Source of the DNA: Psilocybe cubensis
Lineage: Eukaryota
DNA length: 64,000 bases
Direction: 5' to 3'
Assembly: GCA_017499595.2 (NCBI GenBank)
Contig: CM039009.1
Coordinates: 1-64,000, forward strand
In this document: piece by piece, positions 32,148-46,599 of the stretch
Numbering within the stretch: position 1 is the stretch's first letter
Layout of the letters: every line of letters starts with the position of its first letter
The notes under the pieces: model-generated
Told to the model about the DNA's origin: nothing
Database searches by the model: none
The model's input: only the letters and a program-made list of their open reading frames with translations
Program-made: the position numbers and the translations under genes

Positions 32148-33284
32148 ATCGATCAGCAAGAGTAATCGATGACGGTCAAAGGGGACCAAGGGGCAGAAAG
32201 CAAACTCGAATCATTGGGTGGGGACGAAACTGAGATGTTGATGCACGTACCCGTAACTATGCCATGAGGTGTCACCATATTCCCTTTCTACTTCTGCAAA
32301 GATGTTCCTCTAGCGAATGCGAGTCTCAGATAAAGTAACCAATCGAGAATGCCCATGGAATTTGGAGAACACGAAGGGACGAGAGCGTGAGAAAAGGAAG
32401 AACTAGCCATCAGCCGAAGACACGAAATACAGACTGAAAAAATCAAGCGTCCGCGGAACGACTCTAGGTATTGCCAAAGGATTGAACTGGAGTTGTAAAA
32501 TGGTGATTGGGGCATGTGCGTATGTGCACGGGACCCTGTGGGCTACAGGAAAGGGTGCAAAAGTAAGTTTTCTACAGTTTTGTCAAACTTTTTGTCAGTG
32601 TCGTTCGAGTCATTTACCACCCCTTCCGCTCACAGATTTATTCTGATTGGCTAACAACCCTCCCTGCTTCTTTGCTATATGTGCGCAAAATTTGTCATGC
32701 ATGTTGACAGTCCTGACACTGATGCAGGACGACCCATATTCATCTGCGGTCGTGTTCCTCACCTGATGCCATTCATGTAAAAAGGGAGGGGTTGTTTGGG
32801 TATGTAAACTACTGAGTAGCGCCGTGGATTCAGAAAGCGAGTACCCATGAGAGTGCGCGCAAAGACTGTACACCAGCTCTATACCGGATTGGTTGTTTGA
32901 TTCACATATATTGTGGTGGAATGCGCACGGATGGTATCCCCTATCACTTCTCTTTCGGGTGAATGGTTTAAGGTCCGACTAATTGGTTAAACGCGAGGTA
33001 GGAACATCAACCTCGATGTAACCAGTGACTATGTATTATAAATAGATCTATTAGTATGAGAAGTAACATATCAACCAATGACATCTTGTGTGGTGGAAAT
33101 AGGTGGATGACAGGTCATTTCTCTGGGCACGTCAGGGAAATGATGCGGCTATAAGATTAGAACCGCGTCGATTGTGTGTGTTCATGGGGAAACAGTTATT
33201 TTATTGCCTAAAAGGTTTGCAACATCATTTTATACACGAGGAATCGAGGAGTCATCCTGCACTAGCCCTGCAAGAGCCGGAAAC

Positions 33285-35283
33285 ATGAGAAATACTTCAT
33301 TGACCCGTACCATACCATTCTTCCCCCCCTCCTACTTTGGTACCCCTAGCCAGTATACTCAAACATGGATTCCAGCAATGTGTTTGACTACTCTTTCGTC
33401 GATTATTCTTTGGACTACAATCTTTCGTTCTCTGAGATGTTGGCTGGTGGGTAATCTCCCTATCATATTTGACTTGGATTTCTAATCAATATGTGATCTG
33501 CGCTCAGAAGATCCACAAGTGATACTTGAAGACCATCCCTCAACAGATGCTATTACCGACAGCATTACGGGCCCTCCAAGCGCCATGCCCTCATTGTCAA
33601 TACACTTGGAAATTCCCATAGAACATGGCATCGAACCGTATTTATCTCCTGATTCAACTTCAGCAGACATGAGCAGTAAGAAATGGGAACATTTGTTTTC
33701 ACAACAAAGTACTGACCATAATCTTTAAGAAGCAATGTTGAAATCGATACCAGATATGCGTACCACAACAAACGCAGCGTTAGCGTCAACTCAGGCTCCC
33801 AAATTACACACTCCATTCAACACCTCTCCAAAATCATCTTCGTTATGCCATCAAATTAACGAGGAGCCTGCCATGGCATCATCATCAATGTATCAATCTC
33901 AAGCCTTGGATGACCCGAGCTGTAAGAACCGAGATGCCCCATATTTGAGACTTCAGGCTAACAACGGCTTCCGTGTTGTTTTCATCAATAGATCTAGGCT
34001 TTTCGTCTGCTCCGGAGGGTTTCAACTTTGTCGATCCCGCTAACCAGCTTTCTATGTCAGGTGCAGGCATCATTCCGACTAGACCGCTTGTCTCAAGGAA
34101 CTCCTCACTGAATAAAATTATACCTCGTTCTGAGGGCATATTCCCTACGTCAACGCGCATCAATACCCCTCCTCAGGCATCGAGCAGTAATCAAGCTCCG
34201 TCTTTCAGAAATCCTGAGGCATGTCAATTTGTTGATCAGAATGAAAGGTATGTCTTGCATTGCAGGGCTCAGATTGGCCTCAGAACTCATTGTCCTCAGG
34301 TACTTGAGTGAGCCCTCCACCACCTCCACGAGTGCTGCGTCCAAACCTGGGAAGCAAAACCGCTATATTGACATCATTCATGGCGGAATCTGGTTCATTA
34401 ATCCAGAACTACCAGCACAGGCGACACACGCCCTCACTAGGGTGCACACCGAAGATGACAAACGAAGACAGCAGTTTCTTCCAACCCTTGAAAATGTTGA
34501 CCAACTGGTTTCCTATTATCAGCATGGAAGCCATGCCAACATCCCAAGGAGCGCTACCGACAGTTTCCACTCCAATATCGGAGAAACGGAAACAAATCAT
34601 CAATCAAGATCCATCAAGATGACATTGAACCGTGAAGAGGGCTCCGGGGGTAACCCCGTCGAGTCTCTTGCAAAGCTCAGACACGGCAATGGAGGGTATG
34701 ATATATTGTTTCCTTTTCTCATTGTCGGAGTGTGAAACCGTATCTGACACTTCTTTTCGATTATGTAGGATGACCAATCATTGCACAGAAACACAGAATG
34801 GTGACAGGTACGAGTCAACCCATTGTCTAGTCAACGAACACAACAAAAAACTGACCGTACCTTTTGAAATTAGTCAAGTCGCCACCGCTTCCAGATATAC
34901 ACGGAAGCGAAGACTGTCGACGGCAAACGGAGATAGGTATGTACAACACACCTTTTATTGATTTTCTCAGTATTTAATATTTCATCTCCTTGCTTCTTCT
35001 TTTACCCAGGGGCGAATCCGCCTCTGCCCTCAAACGTCCACGAGCAGGCTCACCACTGGTACGTGGGAGTGGAGCGAGCAGCTCGGCGCAGACCGAGGGG
35101 AGTGTGAGCAGGGTCGCAGCGACCCTGACGGCCGCACCGAGACCCCAGTTGCAGCCAGCACAACCGCGGTGTCTCGCTGAAGGGTTCTCGCAAGGGCGCT
35201 TGGTGATTGAGAAGCGTGAGCGCCACAGAAAAAAGGATGGAGGACTCACTTTCCAGGTGATGAGGCCCACACATGAACCATAG
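33285..35283 (+). pseudogene. Multi-exon hypothetical gene, paralog 1, probably degenerate
   Basis: RYIDIIHGGIWF...HTEDDKRRQQF...EGSGGNPVE aligns with the paralog at 40213-40600 (-). C-terminal exons encode RKRRLST and LTFQVM. Confidence 0.55.
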
Positions 35284-38200
35284 GAGGTATCCGGGCAGTA
35301 ATTTAGTTTGATGCTAGCCAAAATGCAGTTAGTATCTAATGAGAATAAAAAGAATTCAAATACCTTGGGAGCCACTGAATATCCTCATAAGTTTGAGTAC
35401 TTCTTAACACTGTCATGAAGGTGGGATAATTTAAACATTGTACATCAAAGGCGACGTCGCCCAGAGTGAGATAAGAAATCAGATAACACTGTTTTCCTTG
35501 AGCTAATATCTCCGAGATAATCATGACGCACAGTGACCGTGGGACATATTGCTGCGCACAACGTTTCGGCATTCGGCACTTCGTGTTCATGGCTTTTTCA
35601 TCGACGGTTGGACGGCAACAAGAGGGAGCAATGTGTTAGATATACATATTGCCGAGAACTTCAACTATTTCAATTGGAAACCATAGTATGGGGCTGGGAG
35701 AGTGAATGGTCACGGTGGACTTGAGCACCACCCTGACTCTACTCTCGCAAACGCAAACGCACCACCCCTTCACACCCCTTCAATCTGATTCGTGTCTTAA
35801 TCGACGTCAAAAATGGAGTGTACATTTTTGATGATGAGCGGGGATTGACATTGTCCTTGTATGAGCGACATGGATTTGCTTAATCTGGGAAGATAGTAAA
35901 GAAAACCACTCAGGTGGCAGTGGGCATGCCGTGTGGTGTGAAGGTCCAAGGCTTTGTCGCTGTATTCAAACATATGGCGTCAGGGATATTTGGATAGTGA
36001 AGACGCTGTGGGTATAGTGACTGGGTCTTGAAAGTGGTAAGACACTGGCAGCTGTGTGATGCATATATTCATGGTGTTGGCACGTAATTTCCCCGCCACG
36101 AAACAGCAAAGGAGAGTGTTGGGGAGAACAAGGGTCTATACGCACCCTGGAGCTAATTGGAGACGAACTACTGGCTATTGGTAGGCGATACACGGCAGCG
36201 GAGCATATGTGGACGATGTGGGGCCGCGGATATTTGATACGTAGCGAAATTGCTGGGTACGACATGAATAACGAAGAGGTTTTGTGGGACAGGGTGTTGG
36301 CCGACGGAAGCCCATCCATGCACGGCGCCAGAGTCCTGGGGCGCAGAATTAGGGAAATTGTGTGGAAATATGAAACATAGCGGACGCCTGCACATTGTCT
36401 TGGGGTTATAAAAGGCGCATAGAGTTGAGAACTGTAACAAAAGGGTTAGTATAGGTAAAGAACACAGCAGCGAGTACTAATTAGTACTGACCGAATATGC
36501 TTTCTAACGAACCCCACTGTACTGAACAGGGACACATATAGACAGTTGATTATCTCACTTAGCTTGGATTCCGTCCAGCCGATTGCATCCTCTACAGAGG
36601 GGCTCAGTGGATAAAGGATGCTGCTCGTGGTGGTGATTTGTTGAAGGCGATGAAAAAGGCCGGATTGTCGATATTGGACATAGCATCAGTAAATGAGAAT
36701 CGACAAAGTGGATGTACACGACCTTGGATTAACCGAGAGCAGACTCGTAATCTGAATCGACGATTTGCGCTGGATCTCGTGAGTTGTGAGTGAATGGCAC
36801 GTCTTCAGGACAGGCGGCATGGCACTAAGGTTCAGGGAATTCGCAATGAAACGCAATAACGAGGGACCGTACACGCAAGCTTCTAGTGAAGGAGACATCC
36901 ATGTATATACCGCATCACCATTCATCGATGATCCACAAAATAAGCAAATATATGCGCAATTTAATGAATGTTTTCAAGTGTTACAAGCAAGGGGGATGTC
37001 GGCACACTCATTGCAGCCAGCGCCGTCATTTAGCTTTGTGAGTGCGGGTAAAGGAGGTGTGGGTAGGAACAGTAACAGCGGGACACTCATTGAAACTACG
37101 GGGACACATCAAATAGAGATGCGTGGGGGTACTAGTGGCAGCACCTACTCGAAGAGAAGACAATGCCGGAAAAATACCATGTGTGCACGCACAGCCTGTT
37201 GACACCCCGAGTGCATATATGCGTCACGAATCGTTGAAGCGGTGCGAGCATTGTCATAAGCATGGGTGAAGGGTGTGTATGGGTAGGAACCTGTAGGAAC
37301 AGGGCAGTGGGATACACGTTGAGGCTATGGGGACACGTGAAGATAGAGATGCATAGGGGTTACTAGTGTCACCGCCTCCTCGAAGAGAGATGAAAGGTGG
37401 CAAAAGATGCGGCATGCATGATCTGCACCTCAGCCATGCTTATAAAGACAACCTGCATCTGCCAATCAACCACCTTCTACATCTTATCTTCAACCGAGCA
37501 TTCACCCGTTAACTTTGACGACGCCTTGTCTACCCATGCTTGAGGAAAATGAAGAAAGAAACCCAGATTCCATTTTTCAAAATCTGCACGGAGGAGTTGG
37601 AAGGTCATCGATGGAAACGGGAGTATGGAAATAGGAGGATGAAGCGGTGTAGGTTGGGCGGGATCCGAAAGGCGGATATACTTTGTGTATGCGCCATACG
37701 CACATGCGGGGTGGTGGATGGGGTGTATAAACAGATGGAGATATGCAAACAAGGGTATAGGGAAAGATAATACACCTGACATTCCACTGCACTGGTGCAT
37801 CACGCATTTGAGAGAATTTAAGTACGCTGCACACAGTATACCAGCGTCGTGATTATAGACCTGGTATAGCTGCCGCGGCGTCAATCTTTCGCGTGCGCCG
37901 GCGCAGTGGGAAGTCGACAGTGCGAGCCACGAAGAGGAAGGGGAGAAGTTGTTGGTGGTTCCGATTGTTCCGGTCGAGAACAGTGAAGAGGAAAGCACTC
38001 ACCGAAATCCTCCGAGTCCTCATCGTCATCCATTGACCCCGCCTAGAAGCCACGCTGCTGTGCGAGGCACAGGGTCCCTGCATTTCTCGACTTTATCCAG
38101 CTTCCCTTCCCTTCAAATCGTCGTCTTTGGGGTATTTGGAGTGGAGGTGGCAGTGGAAAAGAACGAAATTGTGAGCGGTTGTTTGTCCTTGCTATTGTCA

Positions 38201-39699
38201 AGCAAATTCAAACTCCGCCTTGACTGTTGAGTGGGGATGAGAGTGCGAGTGGTGAGAGAGAGGTTGTGGCTGAGGTGGGCGGGAACGTGAAGGGATGCGA
38301 GGACCCATCATAGTTCGCATTGCGTGTCGCGTTCGTGGGCATGTTGGTGGGAAGAACCTCACATTACTTCGTCTCAACGCGCGCAGGGGTCGAGGGAAGT
38401 TAGTGAGGTTTAAACGTGTAGGGGAATTGATGTTGGTGAGTGAGTTGTTTTTGGTCTCATGTTCTGGTAGATGGAATGGATGAACAGACGAGCGTGCCAT
38501 CACCCTTCGCTGGTATCCCCACTACCTCAGTCTTCCCTTCCATTGGCATATTGTGGTACGCACAACATAGTCATCGTGGCCCAGAATGGGGTCTATGTGC
38601 ACATTGTGCGCATTCCATACAGTTGATATGCCGCCTGCGTTGTTTATGCATTTAGGCTGCCAATTTTACCAGTGGATAGTGACGTGTGCACTACATTTCA
38701 TTCTTCTGCCATGCACCCGTGCTTGTTTCAATACATCCTGACTGGCCTGTCAATGGTGCTCCATACATTTGAAAGGCACTTCTCGCGGAGCACACACTGG
38801 CTGCCTATCGGTGTGTATATGTGTACTACATTATGATTAGCGAGATTCACAGTGAGTTTGGGTTATCCATGTTTACGAGCATCCACTCAAGGCCACGGCC
38901 ACGTCTAAGGTCCCTCTCAACATCCAGTCACTGTTATTATGGCTGGTATTTATTTTTTTTGTATTCCAATCGCCTCACACTTGGACTAGTGTTCTTGGAT
39001 ACATTGTCTAAATTTTCATTTCTCCGTGGTGATGTGTTTTTAGTGCGTCTCTGTCTCGGCGCATCTGTATCAAATGTTAGATAAAAATGTGTTTTACTGC
39101 CTAGTTGGGTTTAAATATTATATCTTCCATACAATTGAGAATAACACCCCTTTAAAAATGCAATGTGTCAACGTATGCGCAATGGTATGAATGCATCATG
39201 GGCTCATTATAGCTGGAAAAGAGAAGGACGAGATGATTTAACAAGAATTACCACAAGCCGAGGCAAACCAATTTCCTCACCCTACCCCCTACTGTTTTCC
39301 GGTTGTACTAATTGAAATTCCTCGTAGTACGTACGCAAATAGGTCTTATTATCATTCAATTCTCCTTCTTACTGCCCATCCATCGATATTGGTCAAAAGG
39401 CCTTAATTACGAAGTGCCAAAAGGCCGTTGGCAGAAAGATATCCCACGGTCACTGCACATCTTGATGATCTCGGTAGTACTAGCCCGACCGCAAAGTGTT
39501 ATCTGATCTCTTATCTCACTCTTCAGCATTGTACAATGTTGCTGCTCTCCCACCTACCCATTTCAAGACAAACAATGCTCAAACTTGGGAAAAAACTCTG
39601 TGACAACCAAGGTATTTCTACTGTGTTTCATTTTTATTAAATACTAACTAAATTTTCTTGGCTGTCGAAGTGTCGAGCGTGAGGTAACGCCCTGACCTC

Positions 39700-41428
39700 C
39701 TATGGCCTTTGTACGGCCGACATCACCTGGAAGGTGAGTTCCTTCCCCTTCTTTGAGTGGCGCTCACGGTCATGCACCACCACATGCCCCTCCGAGACCG
39801 CACCAGCCATGCATCGCGGTGTGGCCGGCTTGCGATGCGGCCTCCGAGTCGGTGCGGCCGTCAGGGCCCTCGCGACCCTGCCTTCTCCTGCCTTTTGGTC
39901 CCGAAGAGGGTCCCGTGGCGACCTCTTTCGTGGACGTTTTGCGGCAGGTGCGGATTTGCTGCTGGAACAGAGTGGGACGGGTATCAGTTGTTGAGAAGAG
40001 AAAAAATGGTGTGTTGTACATACCCATCGTTGTCCACCGTTGACAGCCTTCGCTTCCTAGTATATCTGGAAGCGGTTGACACTTGGCTAATTTTTTGCAG
40101 TCATTGTCAGTTCCGCTGTCGTGTTTATTGACTATATGAACGGAAACTCTTACCTGTCGCCGTTCCGTGTTGCAGAGAGATGGTTCGTCATCCTAAATTA
40201 CAATAGATGATATTAGCCGCAGTTCATACTCTGGGGGAGAAAAGGAAACATCATGTCATACCCTCCATCTCTGCATCTGAGCCGGGCGAAAGGCTCAACG
40301 GGGTCTCCCCCGGAGCCCTCTTTGCGGTTCAATGTCCACTGCGTGGATCTATTCACATGAAGTGTTTCCTTTTCTTCGATATGGGAGTGGAAACTGTTGC
40401 TAGAACTCCCTGGGAGGCTAGCATGACTCCCAGGGCGATAAGATGAAACCAGTTGCTCAACACTTTCCAGCGCTGAAAACAACTGCCATCTTCGCTCTTC
40501 ATCTTCCGTGTCTACCCTCGTATGGGTTTTCGCCACCTGTGTGGATGGGTCTGTGTCGGCGTACCAGATCCCACCGTGAACGATATCGATGTGTCGATCA
40601 CATTGCACATTTGTAGTGGCACCCCCCGTGGAAGACGTTGACGGATAGCTTAGATTCCTGAAGAAGGACATTAGTTTGGCTGAAAGTCTAGGCCAATAAA
40701 CATACCCATCAGTCACGTCCACGGATGTATATTCACCAAAGTTTTCGAGCGACTGTGATTGGCGCATGCTCGATGGCGCCTGACAAAAGGTCGGTGGATA
40801 AGTTGCAGATGTACATGAATCCTCAGGAAAGATTCTGCACGGATCCGGAGTTGACACACGTCCCGAAGTCAATGGGGGGGAAAAGTCAGGAGACAACCTA
40901 AACAAAGCTGTTGGCGGATGTGTGGTTAGCAGGCCGAAGTGAAAACATGGAGCATGCCAATTCTTACAGTTGATGGCCTCAAAGTTTTGAAAAGAATACA
41001 TGGTAGATGGCTCCATCGTAGGGTGCGGTGAGAGATCAATGGTGGATGCCGATGTTGATGCTTGTTGCGGGTGGTTGACTGGAAAAGATTGAGTGTATTT
41101 GTTGAAAAATGGTGCGTAAGAGTCGATAACAGGTATATGTCCTCCATCCGCCTCGTTGAAAGAGGAGTGTATTGACGGCTCTCTCTGTGGTAATATTGTT
41201 GTACTGGCTGCAAAGAGGTCAGTGATCGATAAGAAAGCCAACTTCATCACTGGGAAAGAGCATATTCACCGGTGGCGAGTCCGGAGTACAAAAAGTTAAA
41301 AGTGGAAAAATTCTCCATCTTGGATAGAGTCTGTGGATGGCCTGTGCTGTATGGAGTTGGGTTGGGGGCGACAATGTAGAAAGGAAGGAAGAATCAATTT
41401 TGATACAGTGTGAAGGGGTATTTCTCAT
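39700..41428 (-). CDS. Multi-exon hypothetical gene, paralog 2
   Basis: RHIDIVHGGIWY...DTEDEERRWQLF...EGSGGDPVE; shares upstream sequence with paralog 1. Confidence 0.5.
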
Positions 41429-44400
41429 GTTTTCGTCCCTTGTTGGGCTAGTGCAGGATGATTCGTCAACTCCTCGTGTATAAAATGATGTTTCACCCTT
41501 TAGGCAATAAAATACTGTGGTTCACCATAAACACACACAATCAACGTTTGTCTGTTCCTATGGCCGCACCATTTCCCTGACGTGCCGAGAAAAATGTCCC
41601 GTCATTCTCCACCTCGTGTCCTATTTCCACCACACAAATGCGATTGGTTAATGTGTTATTTCTCACAGGTCTATTTATAATACAGAATACAGCCACTGGT
41701 TACATCGAGGTTGATGTTCCTACCTCGGCGTACCTGTTATTCAGACCTCGATGTACTAGTACTGTTATTAAAAATCCCATACTAGAATCAGGGGAAGATG
41801 TCATACTATCCATATGTGACTCAGTGCAGCGGAAGACAACTCCAGACGAGCAGAGACGAGCGGTCTTCCCCCGCACCATTAGGAACACTTGCAGTAGTTT
41901 AAATTTGCATCTATGACCACGACGCACATGCACACCCGTTCAGAACTGGACAGGCAAGGAAACATGCAACAGGGATGTTCCGCCGTTGGGCCTTCAACAC
42001 AAACACGACCACAATGACTTACCGGAACGTACCTCAATCTCATACGTTCGCACAGTGGTTGATCTTGTTGAATATCCATATCAACGTATGTGTCATCTTA
42101 GACTTCAATTTACAGTTCACCCTGAACCATACCAATACCACATAGCGGGGAGTAAGTCGGCGCGCACCGGACGCGGCGACGCGCACACGCGGAGTTTAAA
42201 TTTCTTTGGAACCAGCAAGGACAAACAACCCGCCTTTCCATTGACAATGTGTCAATTATGATCGTCCTCCACAGCCATCTCCCACTTGTCACCGGCTCAA
42301 AGGAAGATTGTTCAAATGGAAGCACTTTTAAAATAGCTCGAATCACATTCTATGAGGAATAGAAGAAACATGCAGAAGTCATCGTGACGTGGAGTGTGGC
42401 TGGGGGTTGAGGGAAGCAATGGTAGGAGGTTCGAGGAGGAGGAAGATGCCGGTGAGTGCATTGCTTTTGGTTTTGCATGTTCTGGTGGATGGAATTGGAG
42501 AACACAGGTCCTTACCATTTCTTTGTGTCGCTAACCCCATCACCTTGATATTCGCATCGAACTGACAAACGATGGCATACATAACACAGTCACCGTGGCA
42601 GCTGCACTCTCAATCTTCATCATTTTCTTGACCACGGCTACCCGCGTTACTTGGGTTGTTACGTTTGTAACATGTCTTGCGCCGCCATCAAACCAATTCC
42701 CATCCAACAATATTTGCCGCCTCCAGATACTTTAAGACGACTGGTCAAGGGCAAGAGGCGCTACAAGATCACTGTGCTGAATGGACTGCGCATGTGGAAC
42801 CGTGTGAACGCGGTAGGTCGAGGGGACAAGGGTTATCGAGAAACATGGGTTGAGGAATCGTGGAGGAGGCAGAGGAGGAGGAACGTCTTGGTGAGTGATT
42901 TGGCTTTGCTGTTCACAGAGGTCTATAGAATCCTCCCATCCTCCCTCGCTATCTTCCCCCCGCACTGGGCGCTCGTGCATGTATAACGTTGACGCAGCGG
43001 CAACGACACCGAATTCACACGTATGATTCGCAGTGTACTGTATGCCCTGAGTCTGTCGCGCCTCGTTTTGAGTGGCGTCCAGTGCAGTGGAAAGGTAGTT
43101 CAACCGTCTCAGCGTTTCTTTCCTCTGTACCGACATGAGATTCGGTATCCTGCATATACTCCGTTTTCGCGTCTTGTTTCGGGCAGAGAAGTAGACTCGT
43201 TCTGTATCACTCCGGCTATCATCAGACTCTAGTAATATGATGCCCACTTCGATGTGACAGACCTATCGACCGTTTTCATCCTTGTGGTGCGTGATGTTGA
43301 GATACAAACGAAGCTAGGAGTTGAGTAGTGGACCGGATTGTTAGTGTGGCACAGTGCGGTGTCGGAGATGGGTGTTGAGAAAGATCGGCAGACGGTATGT
43401 GGAAGCAGAGGAAGAGTCAATGTCGTGTTTGTGTTTGGAGGATAGGTGAAACTTCAGTTCAATTACATGGCCATCCATAACCAGTGCTTTCTCCACAGTC
43501 TGAAGGTCAAGAGGAGACGAGGACGTTGAGTTGGTGACGAGATTCATTGGCCACGACCACGACGACAATGGGGGTGAGCGTACGCATGACATTGAAATGC
43601 GCCACTCGTTTTCTTCCGCAATGGTCCTTCTAACGACTCAGGCAATGTCATATTTCCCCCAGCCACTCTGACGACTACGGCTCACAGGACTGGCAAGACG
43701 AAGGCGGCGTGTTTAAGGAATTGCTTGAACACGTTTGGGAGCGAGGAGAGGGTTGTCATGAGATCGGTTGAAAGTTGTTAGAGGAGGATGATACTCTAGG
43801 CGAGTGGTTCGCCTTTTAATTTCTACGCTCCGCCGCATCAAATCCAGAAATCCACAAAACACCTCTCTCTTTCCCCTGCTATCTACACACCTCCCTGGCG
43901 CCGACTTGTGGTGCACTATACCCTTCGTCTTCCAAACGATTCATTTTGCTACGTTTCCAGTGCAGTAGAAAGTGTTATATAGTTTACACATGTTATCCGC
44001 TACTCAGTGTATGCCTATAACTTCTTTATTGTGTTTCCTGGCCTCTCTAACGAGGAGTTTCTCTTCACCACTCTTGTCCTCTCGTACATGCCAATCAGCA
44101 GACTCAGTGAATTCTCGCTCTACGTTTGTCGCACCAACATGACCACGAACGCGACATGCAATGTGAACTTTCGTGGATCCTCGCAACCTTTCACGTTCCT
44201 GCCCACCTCCACCACATTGACAACCTCTCCCTCACCACTCGCACTCTCATCCCCACCACTGTGTGCGCTTGCCATTTACATGATGCGCACTGACAGAACA
44301 TTGACCGCTCGCATAGTACGTCCCACAGTGTCGGCAGCCGTCCGCTGCACATATATAAGTCGATCCTATGTCTGGCGGTTGCAATTGGTAGTTCGATCGT

Positions 44401-44459
44401 AACGGGAGAGTAAGTCATAACATAGACCTTAGATCTTGATCGTTGTCTCAACATTGGTA

Positions 44460-45205
44460 GCTAGCATGACAGGACCAACGAAGACATTAGGCATACAACA
44501 AGAAATTACGAATCTTACTGTCACTTGTTTTATTATGGGCTTTGGAATTGGGTACGATATTTTCAATATCAAACCTCGCTTTTTATTTATGCTACATTTT
44601 AGTCTTCTGTTCATGGAACCTCTATCAGAAGTTGTCGGTCGTCGACCCATATACTGCGTCAGCATGTTTCTCCACTTCATCTTCACCTTGCCAAGTGCCC
44701 TGGCAAAGAATGCGGCCACTCTGGTCGTCGCGCGCATGATCGCCGGTTTGGCTGCTTCTGCACCTATGTGCAATGTCGGTGGAAGGTAACTTAACATTTC
44801 ACCAGCCTTTCGATATTCATCTAACTCTGAACCAGTATAGCAGATGTCTGGGCCATCGAAGAACGAGGAGTCCCCATGGCCGTTTTTTCTGGCACTCTAT
44901 TGTACGTCACTTACCTATTTGTCAACATGTCAACAGTTTTGTGATCTATCTCCTTCTGTAGCATCGGCCCCTGTGTAGGTTCTATGGTTGCTGGTTGGAT
45001 TGGCATGTATGCCGGTTGGCGATGGCTTTGTGCGTTTCTACCTAAGCTCGCACTGAACAGCAACTCACGTTGTTATAACAGATTGGGTCTTGTTCATCTT
45101 CCTCGGCGTCTCATTCGCCTTAACGCTCTTTATTCCTGAGTCTCTTTCCCCTGTTCTTTTGCGCCGAAAAGCTGAGGTGCTTAGAAAATCTAACAATGAC
45201 GACCT
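44460..45205 (+). pseudogene. MFS transporter fragment (DHA1 multidrug/polyamine-type), N-terminal half only
   Basis: Exons encode PLSEVVGRRPIY, ARMIAGLAASAP..VGG, IADVWAIEERG, IGPCVG..AGWRW and PESLSPVLLRRKA, separated by ~50-60 nt GT-AG introns. No C-terminal half follows. Confidence 0.8.
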
Positions 45206-45739
45206 CTCATTTTCCCCGAACTCGAACTCTCATCAAGCTTCAATCATTGGACTGGTCAATACCTACTAGTAATGTGCTCGTTTTTTACTTTTGCCGGTGT
45301 GGTTTTTGATTTGCTCAAAGTACTGCATGTAGTACTAATCACTTGCTTCGGTGTCTATTCTCCCATGGCCCAACAACAGTTTTTCAGCGGTCCCTGACGG
45401 AGGTAAAACAACATCTTTCAGAGCGACAATGATACAGCCTCATTTACTATAAAATATTGTGTTGGCTCCTCATGTTCAGTGTCAAACCCTGGTGTCCTGA
45501 TGCCAGCATCTGTGACTGAACGTTGCGTATGTTTATCACAGCCAAAGAGATCGACCTACGATCGGTTTTCTGTTTTTTGGGGGTTATCCAGAGGTGGCTG
45601 GCAAATCCTCCAAATAGTCCAAAATACAAAGGACAGATAAAAGGCGACCTCTCTCCCCTTCCCTTCTCTTCCTTATACCACAACTACCACAGCCAACTTC
45701 TCTCTCATATTTTTGAATAACAGCTAGCCTGCTCCTCAT

Positions 45740-45920
45740 CGCTCAAGTTAGTCAACATTATTGACAAATAACATCTCATCTACTCTCAACAAGGCCGTCA
45801 ACACTATTGAAGAATAACATCTCGCCTATTCTCAACAAGCTTGTGAACGCCATTGAAGAATAACATCTCGCCGACTCTCAACAAGCTCATTAACTATCTA
45901 CGAATAACAACACGCCTATC
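45740..45920. repeat. Minisatellite, ~46-bp unit, ~4 copies
   Basis: aataacatctc..ctcaacaag at ~45767, 45813 and 45859, degenerate at 45903. Confidence 0.75.
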
Positions 45921-46599
45921 CGCCCCGCCGCCAAAATTCTGTACGAATAACATCGCGCCAACCTTGGATGCATCCTTTGTATCCAAGGTCTATAGGGGTG
46001 GGGCCCTACATTAGTAGGTCCCCCACTCCCGACCCGGAGTTTAGTATAGCAATGACAGCGGTTTTCATGGGACATCAACCACCCGTCAGGGTCTACAGGG
46101 CATACCCTCGCCTGTCTAGCGCTGCTTTTAAACGTCTCGCCATTTTGTTTTTGGCGGGCTGGGCATTGAAGGCAACCCTCTCGAGCTACAGCGATGCTGT
46201 TTTCCCGAGCTCGCCTTTTGGATTTCGCTCTCCAGAGTCCGAAGCTGCTTCAACTGGTGGATTCGTTGTCGTTCATCCCAAATCAAGCGCTTCGAGCACC
46301 GTCAAATATGTGAAAGGCTTCAAAGGCGGCGAGCAGAATTCTTTAGTCAACATCTCTGGTAAGTTTTCTCGCCCTCGCCATGTTAATGAGCTCTTGTAGC
46401 TGACTACCGTTGATTAACAGGTCAACCCAACAACGCCTTGGCTAGTATGTCCCCTGGCATCGGCTCAATTATTTTCGGACCCCTCCTGGATATTTCTAGC
46501 AACAAAGAGTATAGCACCCAACTAGGTGAGTAGACAAGGGCGTCATCGTCTATGCTTTGTTGACATCGTCTCAAGGCACCAATGAGACTACCTCACTTG

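Noticed and set aside
45740-45920. CRISPR-like repeat array
   Set aside because: Eukaryotic context, degenerate contiguous units without unique spacers, and no cas genes.
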